DNA of 64,000 nt. Source: an uncultured Methanoregulaceae archaeon. GTDB lineage: Archaea > Halobacteriota > Methanomicrobia > Methanomicrobiales > Methanospirillaceae. The stretch covers positions 174,474 through 238,473 of the forward strand of contig CAWHIE010000001.1 of NCBI GenBank assembly GCA_963829335.1, read 5' to 3'. The position numbers were made by a program, and so were the translations under genes. Under the pieces are notes generated by a model. That model searched no databases. It saw only the letters and a program-made list of their open reading frames with translations, and was not told the DNA's origin. Position 1 is the first letter of the stretch. Every line of letters begins with the position of its first letter. Below are positions 20,974 to 30,922 of the stretch, piece by piece.

Positions 20974-22165
20974 CTATTTTAAAGTTGATCTAAATAATAT
21001 TTCAGATTCAGCATCCTTTAAAGTTCCCAATTTTTTAATTTGTTCATTTAATACACTTGTCTCACGTTGAATTGAAAGCAATTTCATTCTATCCTCAGAA
21101 CTTGATGGAAAATCTGGAGCGACTCTGATAATGGTTGTTATAGATATTATCAAGACAAAACCCGCAATAAATAATGTTGACAAATCCAAGTATCTCCAAT
21201 AAAATATAAAAATAAATAACAATATATATGCAATAATTGTCAGAGGCAAATAAACATAAAGAAATTTTCTCTGTTTCATCCTTTTTTGTAAGGCATATTG
21301 CATCTTATCATAATTATTTAATTTGATCATATTTTCTTCATATTGTTCCTTAATTGGCTGTCGAATTTTGTCTGCTTTATCTTTGATCCAAATATCAAGT
21401 TCGGAAGTTATGGTTTCACCAAATATTGCCTTTATTGTTTGCATTACAGTCGAATGTATGATTATTCCCATAATTGAGATCGAGAGCCAATTTTCGTCGT
21501 GCATATGCTTTCACAACTTCAGCATCCCAAGGGATTGGATTTGGATATTTAACTACTTCAAGAAAATCTGTGAATGACTGAACAAAGTCTGGCAGCAATT
21601 TATTAAGCAAAATCCATGTTCGATCGATTGTTAAATCCTCTCTTAATAAACCTTTTAACCGCTCGACTCCAGCAGCTGACACTGGATCATATTCAGAAAC
21701 TATTATCACTTCATCTGAAATTCCTCTTTTCATACAAAATTGAGAAACCGGATTCGATCCGGTCTTGAGTATCAATAAATATGAAATCGAATTTTACTTT
21801 TGAGAATCTCAATATAGTATCAAGTCTAAATTTAAATGTTTCAAAAGGCACATTTTTAGTGTCAGAAAATGAAAAGATCGCTGGGAAAAAGACCACACCA
21901 TTTTTCATTTGAATTAATTCAAAGCTGTTTTATCTGATTTTTGTTCAAAAAGCCCTAAAGCATCCCTCTTTTGAGAAATTGCTATTTCAGCCTTGAGTTT
22001 TACTTCATCTATATAAAAAATTGTTAATCCATTGGTAGAGGCATCAGCATCAATAATAAGAACTTTTTTTCCCAATGCTACTAAAAATTCTGCAAAGGTT
22101 GCAGTAAGAAATGTTTTACCAGTCCCTCCTTTTGCACTTGCCATACAATAAATTTTAGCTTCCAC
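20974..22165 (-). CDS. ParA/MinD-type ATPase with C-terminal coiled coil and 2 TM helices (about 3 frameshifts)
   Basis: SAKGGTGKT, VLIIDADASTNG, FDFIFIDTQ, DEVIIVSEYDPVS, LLNK and IPWD spread across ORFs 21914-22192, 21711-21908, 21416-21775 and 20974-21504. Confidence 0.7.
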
Positions 22166-22697
22166 CTCTCGCCCCCTCCCACTCTTTAACAAGAGTCGAT
22201 GTATTGCTTATCTCTGAAGAAACTGCACTTTCTATATCGATTGTCGGATAACCCGCGGCGATTGGTTGATATGCTGCGTTAAATTCTTCAAAAGTCATCC
22301 CTTTGGTAAGAAAACACTCTACAAGTGGCATAATTCTTTCTTTGAACCTTAAAATTTGTCTTTGATCTTCAAGCAAAATTGCCACCTGTTTTTTAAATTC
22401 TGGTTCATTGTTACAAGGATCATTATAATATGATAAATATGCCATACGAAAATTGAATACAAGATTTTGATTAGACTCATCGATTTTAATAAGTATATGT
22501 GATGCTTTTTGAGCCCTTTTAGCATCAGCCTTTCCTATTAAATTATTAACCGCAGCACTTATAGAAAAAGTACTTCTACATCTTTAATAAATAGGGGAAT
22601 CGCATCATCGATATTTTTGAATCTAGTTTTTTTAGTAATGCCATCTGGGCAAGGAATTTCCTCTGTTTTTGAAAAAAAATGCGGATAATAAATTCAT
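22155..22697 (-). CDS. Hypothetical protein (~180 aa, frameshift near 22565) coupled to the ParA-like gene
   Basis: MNFIIRIFFSKTEEIPCPDG.. continues into ..NLVFNFRMAYLSYYNDPC..; its stop overlaps the ParA GTG start. Confidence 0.55.
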
Positions 22698-22924
22698 TTT
22701 AAATAGATCTATTGATTCTTGCAATAAAAATATATCTCCACATAAATAAAGATTTTAAAAAAATTTAAATGATTCTGAAGGATTAGAATGCGTAAAAATT
22801 ATATTTTTTATTATAAAATATTGGTGTCCCTCGCGCTGATTACTCTGAAGATATAGTGAAATTCAAAATAAAGGCTACGCAAAAAAAAGGTTTACATGAG
22901 CTAGATAACTATAACCCATAACAA

Positions 22925-22946
22925 TGCAAGAGACCGGATTCGAACC
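22925..22946 (-). repeat. tRNA(Leu)-like 3' fragment; probable att site
   Basis: Minus strand GG TTCGAAT CCGGT CTCTTGC A = T-loop, 3' T-stem, 7-nt acceptor strand and discriminator A; no 5' half. Confidence 0.7.
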
Positions 22947-23153
22947 CCATCTTCACTAATCATTCCTTTACTCCTTTTCTGAGATAATAGCGATGCTGGG
23001 ACCGTTGAGAATGGAATTCGAAAAAAAACATTCTTAATCGTTGCCGGAATGGAAAGGATGAAACAAAAAAGAGCCCAAGCATCGCCAATATCCTCCATGC
23101 TCAACACCTTTAACCTCCCCCACCACAAACTCACTAATCGCGAGAGATAACTC

Positions 23154-23441
23154 ATGGCCGTCTTCAGGTACGAGAACAAATACGCCGCCCCGACAAAGGA
23201 GCAGCGGGAACGCTACATGAAAGGGGAGCGTGAGGAGCATCATTTCGGGCCGGACGGGCAGATCGTGCTCATCCTCTGGCCTGAAGCAGCATACCTGAAA
23301 GATGACATTGACAACGTCCGGATCCTCTTTACCGGGTATAAGGATAAACAGAAGGTGCAGGATGAGGTGCGGAGGCTGGTGGAGTACCACCAGCAGAAGG
23401 ATAAACGCACAGGATCATTTTCTTCCGGAAATGAAACATAA
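23154..23441 (+). CDS. Hypothetical protein (95 aa) whose 3' end is duplicated downstream
   Basis: Clean ORF with host-like codon usage; contains repeat copy 1. Confidence 0.75.
   Translation: MAVFRYENKYAAPTKEQRERYMKGEREEHHFGPDGQIVLILWPEAAYLKDDIDNVRILFTGYKDKQKVQDEVRRLVEYHQQKDKRTGSFSSGNET
23355..23434 (+). repeat. 80-bp direct repeat, copy 1
   Basis: Matches 24373..24452 at 76/80 positions. Confidence 0.95.
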
Positions 23442-23452
23442 TCTTTATCTTA
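23441..23452 (+). promoter_or_regulatory. Putative TATA box for the structured-repeat/TA transcript
   Basis: ATCTTTATCTTA about 25 bp upstream of repeat unit A. Confidence 0.4.
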
Positions 23453-23469
23453 ACGCGATTACAATACTG

Positions 23470-23676
23470 TAAGTGGTTACAAAACTTTAAAGGCTGTAAG
23501 AGGGCGAAGCAGCAAACCGTGCTGTGATTGTATCCCTAACCAATTTAGCCTAGTCAGACCGACCTACACGAAGCTTAAGTGGGTACACAGAACTAAAGGC
23601 AGTAAGAGGACAACGCAACGAAACGTACCGCGATTGTATTCCTAAACCAATTTTGCCTAACGAACCAACCCGAGCT
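23470..23676 (+). ncRNA. Two tandem ~105-nt structured units (putative ncRNA / 5' leader)
   Basis: Units 23470..23575 and 23576..23676 align with conserved blocks and compensatory pairs (AGGCT/AGCCT vs AGGCA/TGCCT; AGGG/CCCT vs AGGA/TCCT). Confidence 0.65.
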
Positions 23677-23684
23677 GATACACA

Positions 23685-23909
23685 ATGACCGAAGTCGCAA
23701 ATAAGAGAATCCCCGTGACTGAAGAGATCTGGGAATCCCTCGCGGACCTGAAAAAACACGGTCAGACGTACGATCAACTCCTTGCGGAGATGATCGCACT
23801 CAAACAGGAACGTGATTTTCTGGCCCACATCGAGGAGATCGAAAAGCGCGGTGAGTTTGTCAGCCTGAAGGATGCTGCAAAAATGCTTAACATCCCGGAA
23901 TCAGGCTGA
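23685..23909 (+). CDS. RHH-type antitoxin (RelB/VapB-like)
   Basis: KRIPVTEEIWESLADLKKHGQTYDQLL ribbon-helix-helix pattern, acidic tail with GEFVSL, located upstream of RelE. Confidence 0.8.
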   Translation: MTEVANKRIPVTEEIWESLADLKKHGQTYDQLLAEMIALKQERDFLAHIEEIEKRGEFVSLKDAAKMLNIPESG

Positions 23910-23985
23910 AAGAACAGCCTGGCGAAATTTTGTCCTCTTGTTAAAGAGTGGCAAATGATAGGGGCAGGATTGCAGGAGTATAACC

Positions 23986-24258
23986 GTGGATGTTCAAATT
24001 GAACGAAGCGTCATCAAGACCCTCGAAAAGTATCCGGAGAAGATCCGGGAACATATCTTCAACCACCTCCGCAAACTTGAAGATCCGTACAGCGCACCTG
24101 ATGTGGAATGTCTGTATCCCAAAGTGCAGATCTATCGTATGCATATCGGGCGGGCTTACACGGTTATTTTCAGGATTAACAATGAATCAAACATCGTCCT
24201 GGTGCTTGATCTGATGACCATCGAACAGGCACACAAAAGATACGGCCGCTACTCCTGA
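23986..24258 (+). CDS. RelE/ParE family toxin
   Basis: VIKTLEKYP..IFNHLRKLEDPY..IYRMHIGRAYTVIFRI..IVLVLDL..AHKRY. Confidence 0.88.
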   Translation: MDVQIERSVIKTLEKYPEKIREHIFNHLRKLEDPYSAPDVECLYPKVQIYRMHIGRAYTVIFRINNESNIVLVLDLMTIEQAHKRYGRYS

Positions 24259-24372
24259 CGGTAGAGACCCTCCTGGTTGCGGCTCTATGGTACCGGAGCA
24301 TTCGTTCCCGGTCTTCATTTTCCTGTTTTACTCTTACCGTAAATCTCGATAAATATGGGAAAATCCGCAGAT

Positions 24373-24452
24373 GTGCAGGATGAGGTGCGGAGGCTGGTGG
24401 AGTACCACCAGCAGAAGGACGAACGCACGGGATCATTTTCTTCCGGAAACGA
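24373..24452 (+). repeat. 80-bp direct repeat, copy 2
   Basis: Matches 23355..23434 at 76/80 positions. Confidence 0.95.
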
Positions 24453-24697
24453 GAGGTGATGCCGTAGTTATCCGGTATTAATGTTTCACGTATGCGTCCA
24501 CCTCCAGTTCGAAGAAACGCGTTCTTCCCGAATTTTGCTCTGTACTTTTTCTGAGATAGTGTAATGCCAGGACATCGCGAACAGAATCCGGAAAACAGCA
24601 GCATGACGCAAGGTACGTAAAAATGCGCATATCGTGTACGAAATAAATGCCTTAATCATCAGGGACAGCAGATGGGTTTCAATGTCGGGGTTCTAAA

Positions 24698-24862
24698 ATG
24701 ACGCAAAGATACCGCTGCGGCGGGGATTACACGAATACTTTTTCAAATACGGCTGATGTGAAGAGTTACCAACGAAAACATGGCGGACGGATTTACATCT
24801 GCGAGTTTAAAACCGGGAGGCCGGCAGCAGAACAGGACTGGCGACCCATTACGTTGAGATGA
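24698..24862 (+). CDS. Possible 54-aa protein (below ORF-track cutoff)
   Basis: MTQRYRCGGDYTNTFSNTADVKSYQRKHGGRIYICEFKTGRPAAEQDWRPITLR*; lies between repeat copies 2 and 3. Confidence 0.35.
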   Translation: MTQRYRCGGDYTNTFSNTADVKSYQRKHGGRIYICEFKTGRPAAEQDWRPITLR

Positions 24863-25011
24863 GGTGAAATTCAGGAACGTAATTGCGATTAACAAAGATC
24901 TAAAATAATGAATCAGTCGTCATTCCCTTCGGGCCTTTCTTTGTATGGTTCGTAGTGCATAATTCTTTTGCCATGTTAAGAACCGCACAATGATTATCAA
25001 AAAACCACGCA

Positions 25012-25031
25012 CATTTTCTTCCGGAAACGAG
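25012..25031 (+). repeat. Partial third copy of the repeat core
   Basis: CATTTTCTTCCGGAAACGAG is identical to 24434..24453. Confidence 0.85.
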
Positions 25032-25106
25032 GGCTGACAGTGAAAGGTAAGGCCTCTAAAGACATGAAAAATGCCCGGGACTGATGAACATATCAGCTCA
25101 CGGTTT

Positions 25107-26159
25107 TTACCGTGAGTGATGAGCCGGAACCGGATTTTTCAATAAAAAAATATGGACTCCTAACGCCAGGCTCCAGAGAATAAGTGCGCCTATCAGGACG
25201 AGAGCACCGAGGGTGGCATACTGAATCGGGGATGCCGGGGTCGGTTGCTGGACAGGTGCAGTGACAACAAACGGGATCTCGGTATAGGTGTCATCAACCG
25301 TGGGGTCATTGAGAGCAGCGATAAGCGCTTCTGCTGCGTCGTGACCCTGGAGGCTTCCTGCGCCGGTGATCCTGAAGAGGTTCATTCCGGTGCCTGGACT
25401 TCCGCCTTGAAGCTGGAGATTCTTTACCCAGTCCCCGCTCACAACGATATCAAGCTGGTTATTCTGCATCGGGTGCTGGACGATAAGATACCATTGTCCG
25501 GCGGGAAGTTTTTCTGAGATTTGCGGGGTGATATTGAATAAGAATGATGAATCGGGATTTGTGGGGCTGGTCGTGGTAAAGACATAGGTATCGCCGATGA
25601 TCCATGCCTGGACGGCCCCCGGGTTTCCTTCCGCAAATCCGGTGACCGTGAAAGGCTGTCCTTTTGAAATCTCAAGTGGTGTGATCTCTGCAGTTATAAA
25701 CGGCTTTTTGAATATTACCCGGGCAGATTTGTTCTCAGCAGCGGTTACCTGGGCTGCCGTTTTTGGCTGGCTCACTGCATAGATGGCATACGGCCCGGGA
25801 TTAATCCCGAGGTTATTGGTGTAAAGGGTGTATTCCCACGTTTTATCCGGTTTTGTCTGTACCCTGGCGAAGGAATTGGGATCTCCGATGCTGACATTCT
25901 GGAGAGGCGAAGTAAGTTTTCCGCCATTCGGGGAGATGCCTGGTCCGGTCATAAAGAGGTACGTGAAATCCGAATCATAGTTGGAACCACTCAAGACTAT
26001 TTCTTCCCCAAGATAATAGGACTGGTCTCCCTGTGCGGAGACAGTAACTCCCGTTTCCGCAGAGACAGGGGATATCAATACTACGGCTGTTCCTGCAATG
26101 ATAAGCAACAGGATCATTTTTTGGAACCTGAACGTTTTCTCACTGGCTGTCATTACCAT
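25107..26159 (-). CDS. Cell-surface glycoprotein (DUF3821 / Methanomicrobiales S-layer-related)
   Basis: Signal peptide, AQGDQSYYLGEEIVLSG, KKPFITA, IVQHPMQN, DDTYT, C-terminal TM. Confidence 0.8.
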   Translation of the reverse strand: MVMTASEKTFRFQKMILLLIIAGTAVVLISPVSAETGVTVSAQGDQSYYLGEEIVLSGSNYDSDFTYLFMTGPGISPNGGKLTSPLQNVSIGDPNSFARVQTKPDKTWEYTLYTNNLGINPGPYAIYAVSQPKTAAQVTAAENKSARVIFKKPFITAEITPLEISKGQPFTVTGFAEGNPGAVQAWIIGDTYVFTTTSPTNPDSSFLFNITPQISEKLPAGQWYLIVQHPMQNNQLDIVVSGDWVKNLQLQGGSPGTGMNLFRITGAGSLQGHDAAEALIAALNDPTVDDTYTEIPFVVTAPVQQPTPASPIQYATLGALVLIGALILWSLALGVHIFLLKNPVPAHHSR

Positions 26160-26474
26160 GTGTCAACATTAGTATGTTGACAATATAAAATTATCTTTAT
26201 TCGGCCCGGGAAAAATCCTCAGTGAAAAAAGATAGGGAGATGTTGAATCGTCCCGAGGGGTCAGAACGTCGTTCCCGGTTTATGAACATTGCATGAATCT
26301 TCCTTTGTTATTTTAAAAAATTGAGTGGATTGTCATGCCGCTGGTACCGGTAGTACAGTTTTCGGTTCTCCCTGGTCGTATACCAGCACGAAGCAACAGC
26401 CGGTGATGATCGTGAAGACCGGGTTTGAACATATGTCTTGAACAAGTCCTCACGATTCTCTGGATCATGATGCC

Positions 26475-27966
26475 TCATATTTCCAGGATAACCTCCTTTC
26501 CTTCCTCGCTTTTCACGGTCTTCTTCACCTCGATAAAGAGTGCGACCAGTGCCGCTACGACCAGGATGATGGCGGCGATGGTGAAGAGAGTATGGTAGGC
26601 CAGGATCTGTGCGTCCAGGTACATGAGTGCGACAACCTGCTGCAGAACGGCAGGAGTATGTATGTTCACGACGGAGTGTGCCGAAAGGGCAAGCAGGTTA
26701 GTGTCGATGGAACTGCTGAGCAGGGTGGTGAAGATGGCGATGCCAAACGCCCCGGCAACATTCCGTATCAATGCAAGAACTGCCGAGGCACTGCCGATCT
26801 CATCGGTGGGAACGACCGCGGCAATGATTCCCGTACCGCTGGGACATGCCGAATCCCAGGCCAAACGCCATGACACTGATCGGGATAATAATGTCAAGGG
26901 GACCGGAGCGGACATCGAGACCCGTGAACAGGAACATTCCGAGACCGGCAACGAGGGTATTCAGGGCAATGACGTAACGGGGCTGGAACCTGCCGACAAG
27001 ACTTGCCCCTATAGGCGCCGCAAGCATCATAAACAGGGCCATCGGGATGAACTGGAGACCCGTCTCTGTGGCGCTTAACCCGAGGAAGGTCTGGTCGAAG
27101 ATCGGGATTAAAAAGATCCCTCCCTGCATGCACATGAAGATCAGGAAGTTGTTACTCAGGGTAATGGTGAAGGCAGGGATCCTGAAAAAACTGAAATCGA
27201 TGATCGGCTCGGGGTGCCGGGAATCGATGAGGTAGAATATATACAGGAACAGACCTGACCCCGCAAAGGAGAGCACGATGGGGAGTGATGTCCAGCCCCA
27301 GCCATTACCCCGGTCCAGGCCCAAAACGAGGAGTGCGAGTGCAATACCGAGAGTAAGCGCGCCATACCAGTCAAAGGAGGCACTCTTCTTATCGCTCACC
27401 GATTCCGGAACATACGTGAGGGCCATCGCTATCCCGATCAGGCCGATGGGAAGATTGACCAGGAAGACCGAACGCCACCCGAAGGTGTCGATCAGCGGGC
27501 CTCCGATCAGAGGGCCGAACACAATGGCAGAGGCGAATGCCGAGGACCAGATACCCAGGGCCTGGGCCCGTTCCTTCCCGTTGCTGAAATTTACCGCTAT
27601 GATCGCCATGGCGGTGGGATAATCCGCCGAACTTGCGACCGCCTGGATGACACGGAAGAGGATCATCGAGCTGAGATCCCAGGCGAAGGCGGCGAGAATC
27701 GAGCCGACAATGAAGATGGAGAAACCCCAGATGTATACTTTTTTCCGGCCGATGGTATCGCCGAGTTTGCCCCAGACCGGCACGAAAACGGCGTTTGCGA
27801 GAATATACGCGGTGGCTATCCATGCCGCATCGGAGGTGAGGATATTGAAATCCAGCATTATCTTCGGCACCGCAAGGCCGACAACGGTCTGGTCCATGGC
27901 ACCGAGGAACGTGCCGACCATGACCGTGAGAAGAATCAGCCACCGGTTCCGGTTATTTTCGGCCAT
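26475..27966 (-). CDS. DHA2 (EmrB/QacA) MFS efflux transporter (frameshift near 26830)
   Basis: MDQTVVGLAVP, WGKLGDTIGRKK, WRSVFLVNLPIG; C-terminus continues in ORF 26475..26951. Confidence 0.9.
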
Positions 27967-27978
27967 AAAAAGGGAAAA

Positions 27979-28696
27979 TTATCGGGAGATCCACATCTTC
28001 GCGGACATGCCGTTCTTCAGTTCAGGATAGGCAGCCACGTCATAGGAGACCCTGACTTCAAATTCCTGCTCCTGACGCTTGTCAGAGATGGAAAAGACGA
28101 TGTCCCCCGTCCGGGAAGACGGTGCAACCGCCTCGACCATGCCCTGGTACTGGGCGGATGGGATAGGCGTCGACGGTAAACATCACATGCTGGCCGGGTG
28201 CGATGTCCTTGAGGCCCTTGTCCTCCTGCACCCTCCCGATAACGCGGAGCTCCCGGGGGTCGATCATGGAGATCACGGGTACGGGGTCCATGCCCGGGTT
28301 TACCAGCTGTCCCGGGGTATTTTTAACACCCGTGATCACACCGCTGGTCTTTGCGACAAGAACCTCATTGCCGACCTTTGCGAGTATCTGGTCCTTCCTG
28401 ACCTGATCCCCGACGGAGACATACACCTCGGTGATAATACCCGGCACGGTGGGATTGATCGAGATGACCGGAGCAGAAATCTGGGAATTTTCGACGTAGA
28501 CCTTGCTCTGGAGGTCGTTCCAGTAGAAGAGCCCGCCGAGGGCAACCAGGATGATGAGGACTATCAGTCCTCCGAGCAACCAGGGATTGCTGCGTACCTT
28601 TTTTATGAGGTTGCCAACCTTCCCTCCTTTTTTATCCGGCGGGGTTCCACCCTTTGCATCTGAAACCATCACGGTTGGTTCATCAATGGTTGTCAT
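27979..28696 (-). CDS. EmrA/HlyD-like efflux adaptor (frameshift near 28150)
   Basis: Single TM, lipoyl-like GIITEVYVSVGDQVRKDQIL, GQHVMFTVDAYP; shifted C-terminus ..PELKNGMSAKMWISR*. Confidence 0.85.
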
Positions 28697-28764
28697 AGTT
28701 TTCCTCCTCACATCGCGGCTGGTATTCGTCAGGATACTGAAGTCGTGTCATGGGTCAGACCCGT

Positions 28765-29981
28765 TTATTGCTTCTTCAGCTTCGATGCGATCCATGTGCG
28801 CTTCATGTACAGGACGATGGCGGCTAGTCACGATGATGCCACCCGCCATGACCGGGTAGAAGGAGCCGAGACCGCCACCGGGAGTGTTTCCGGCAGAGCT
28901 GCTGATCCCACCCGGGGATCCCCCCGCAAGCGTATGAAGATCGAGAGTGATTGTCGATGACTGGGTGGTGCCCTGTGAATCCTTCCACTGGACCTGGACC
29001 GGTAACTACGGAGAGATCGGTGGAGGTAAATGTCAGGCTGAACCGTGTAAATTCATTCGATGCCAGCGAACCGACCGCATAACTCAGGTACGGCCCCACC
29101 GGTTTCAGCGGTGCACCAACCGAGAGGATCATGCCCTGGGCATCGGTGATACCGGCGTTTCCGACATCACCGGTCATCGTATAGGACCCGGCAGTGCTGA
29201 CCAGCGCTACATTATTGATCACCGGGATTGCCGCAGATTTATCCGCTCCGATGTTCAGAGGTAAAACAATATTCGTTGTGTGTTCGTTATCCCCATTGCG
29301 GAAACTGACCCTGAAATTCACATCGGACTGCTGGTGCGGGGTTATGGCGAACGGAACCTTCACCGAAGAGCCGGCCGGGATAGACTCCACGTATTCTTCT
29401 GAGGGTGATATGTCGCTTCCCGGGGAAGATGCAACGATCAGGACATCGGATATATCTCCGAGCCGTGGGTTCACGACACTTACATTCACCGTATCCGTTT
29501 TTTCAAGCGAGAAGGTATTGGGCTTGTTCGAGATACTTGCCCTCACCTCGGTCGAGTCGATTTTCAGTTTTATCTGGGAGTGGATCGCGGATGTACCCAC
29601 ATTTGAAGAAACGGTGAAGAGCGGAAGGTATGTCCCATCGGGACCATCGGCCCGTATAATAAAAATATAATCGACCGTTGCCCCTGGCCCGATCAACGTG
29701 GAGGTAACAAATGCACCCTTGTTGACGACATCAACATTGGGATCAATAAGATCCGGCTGGGAAACTGCCACGGAAGCATCCGCTCCATTGGTGACATGAA
29801 CCGTCAGGGTGCCGGTTTCATCGGGGTAAAACACACCGGGCGTGAGATCATACCCGGATACGTACACGAGCGCTGCGGCATCCTGGGGATTCGTTACAGA
29901 GACGGTACTGGTGGCCGCCCCTGCAACGGTTATCATACACGCCAGCGCGATAAAACTGAAAATAATCACTGTTTGTTTCAT
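28765..29981 (-). CDS. COG1361-type S-layer-domain protein (frameshifts in the 3' part)
   Basis: Signal peptide, P.VFYPDETGTLTV, GDVGNAGITDA, VGSL.S.EF..F.LTF; C-terminal TM plus basic tail in a shifted frame. Confidence 0.75.
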
Positions 29982-30118
29982 TTTTTTACTGCCCTCTCAA
30001 TACTGTATACCGGGAGTTTTTCACCCAATCGGAGCCGGCCCGTGCGAATGCCGCATGCATTCTGTCGATTCCATAACGGCCGGTTGCGTTCGATAGGTTT
30101 CTTAACGTCTCCATAAGA

Positions 30119-30176
30119 ATACTCACCAGTCACTATTAAAACTAACCATTCAGTCATTTAAATTACCCAATAGTCA
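30119..30176. promoter_or_regulatory. Three putative TetR operators
   Basis: atACTcaccAGTCA (30119), taACCattcAGTCA (30143) and ttACCcaatAGTCA (30163) lie in the divergent promoter, next to TATA-like TTTATTATATAT. Confidence 0.6.
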
Positions 30177-30211
30177 TCTTTATTATATATACGGATCCAA
30201 ATAAAATCACA

Positions 30212-30922
30212 ATGCCCAAAGTTGTCCCGGAATACAAGGAAGAGGCGAAGAAAAAGATTATCGCCGCAGGTCGCCAGGTGATGAGCAAAAAAGGGTACGA
30301 TGCCACTACGATGGATGACATCGCTGCCTATGTTGGCGTCAGTAAAGGCGCACTCTACCTGTACCTCGGAAGTAAGGACGAACTGGTCGTTGAGATCGTG
30401 AAAGCTCTTCCCGAGCAGGTCCGGCAAATAGCGACGTCAATGTCCCTTGCCACCGATCCGATTGATTCCTGGACCGCCATCCTCGATTTCTTCCTGGAAA
30501 ATAATGCAGAACAGAACGCTCTTATTTTTGAGTTCCTCTCGATGATGGTCCGGAATCCGGAGATCGGGAAGAGTTTCTCCGGAAATATGGAAATTGGACT
30601 CCGGAACGCTACCCGCGGTGTCACGGAATATCAACGAAAGGGAATCATCGATCCGGATGTCGATCCCCGCACTATTGCTTTTGCCATGGCAAGCCTCTTC
30701 CAGGGTATCCGGTACTTCCTGCTTATCGGCGTGGGACGGGACGAACTGCGCGAGCGCTGGATAGAGATGGGGAAGATTCTTTTCGGATATTATAGCGACT
30801 CCCGGAAAAGAGCGGGAAAGGGAAAAAGAGTTAAACGAAAGCCAGCCGCCCGATCTGGTATTAAGAAGACCCCGAATGGTGAAGGCACGGTTGCACGTGA
30901 TAACCGGCGTTTATCACATTAA
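30212..30922 (+). CDS. TetR/AcrR family regulator
   Basis: MPKVVPEYKEEAK..GYDATTMDDIAAYVGVSKGALYLY..SKDEL; divergent from the efflux operon. Confidence 0.93.
   Translation: MPKVVPEYKEEAKKKIIAAGRQVMSKKGYDATTMDDIAAYVGVSKGALYLYLGSKDELVVEIVKALPEQVRQIATSMSLATDPIDSWTAILDFFLENNAEQNALIFEFLSMMVRNPEIGKSFSGNMEIGLRNATRGVTEYQRKGIIDPDVDPRTIAFAMASLFQGIRYFLLIGVGRDELRERWIEMGKILFGYYSDSRKRAGKGKRVKRKPAARSGIKKTPNGEGTVARDNRRLSH

Larger units (their letters stand above)
19650..22946. mobile_element. AT-rich horizontally acquired insert bounded by a tRNA 3'-end fragment
   Basis: Visibly much more AT-rich than flanking genes; tRNA-like 22-mer at the right edge; TTCGAAC near both edges. Confidence 0.65.

Noticed and set aside
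22925-22946. Functional tRNA gene
   Set aside because: No D-arm, anticodon arm or 5' acceptor strand, and the T-stem is incomplete.
23470-23676. Known ribozyme, C/D box or H/ACA sRNA identity for the tandem units
   Set aside because: No hammerhead, twister or pistol core; RUGAUGA/CUGA boxes are not conserved between units; no ACA box right after the hairpins. Checked by eye only.
23355-25031. CRISPR array interpretation of the repeats
   Set aside because: Only 2-3 copies, 80-105 bp units or kb-scale spacing, no regular unique spacers and no cas genes.
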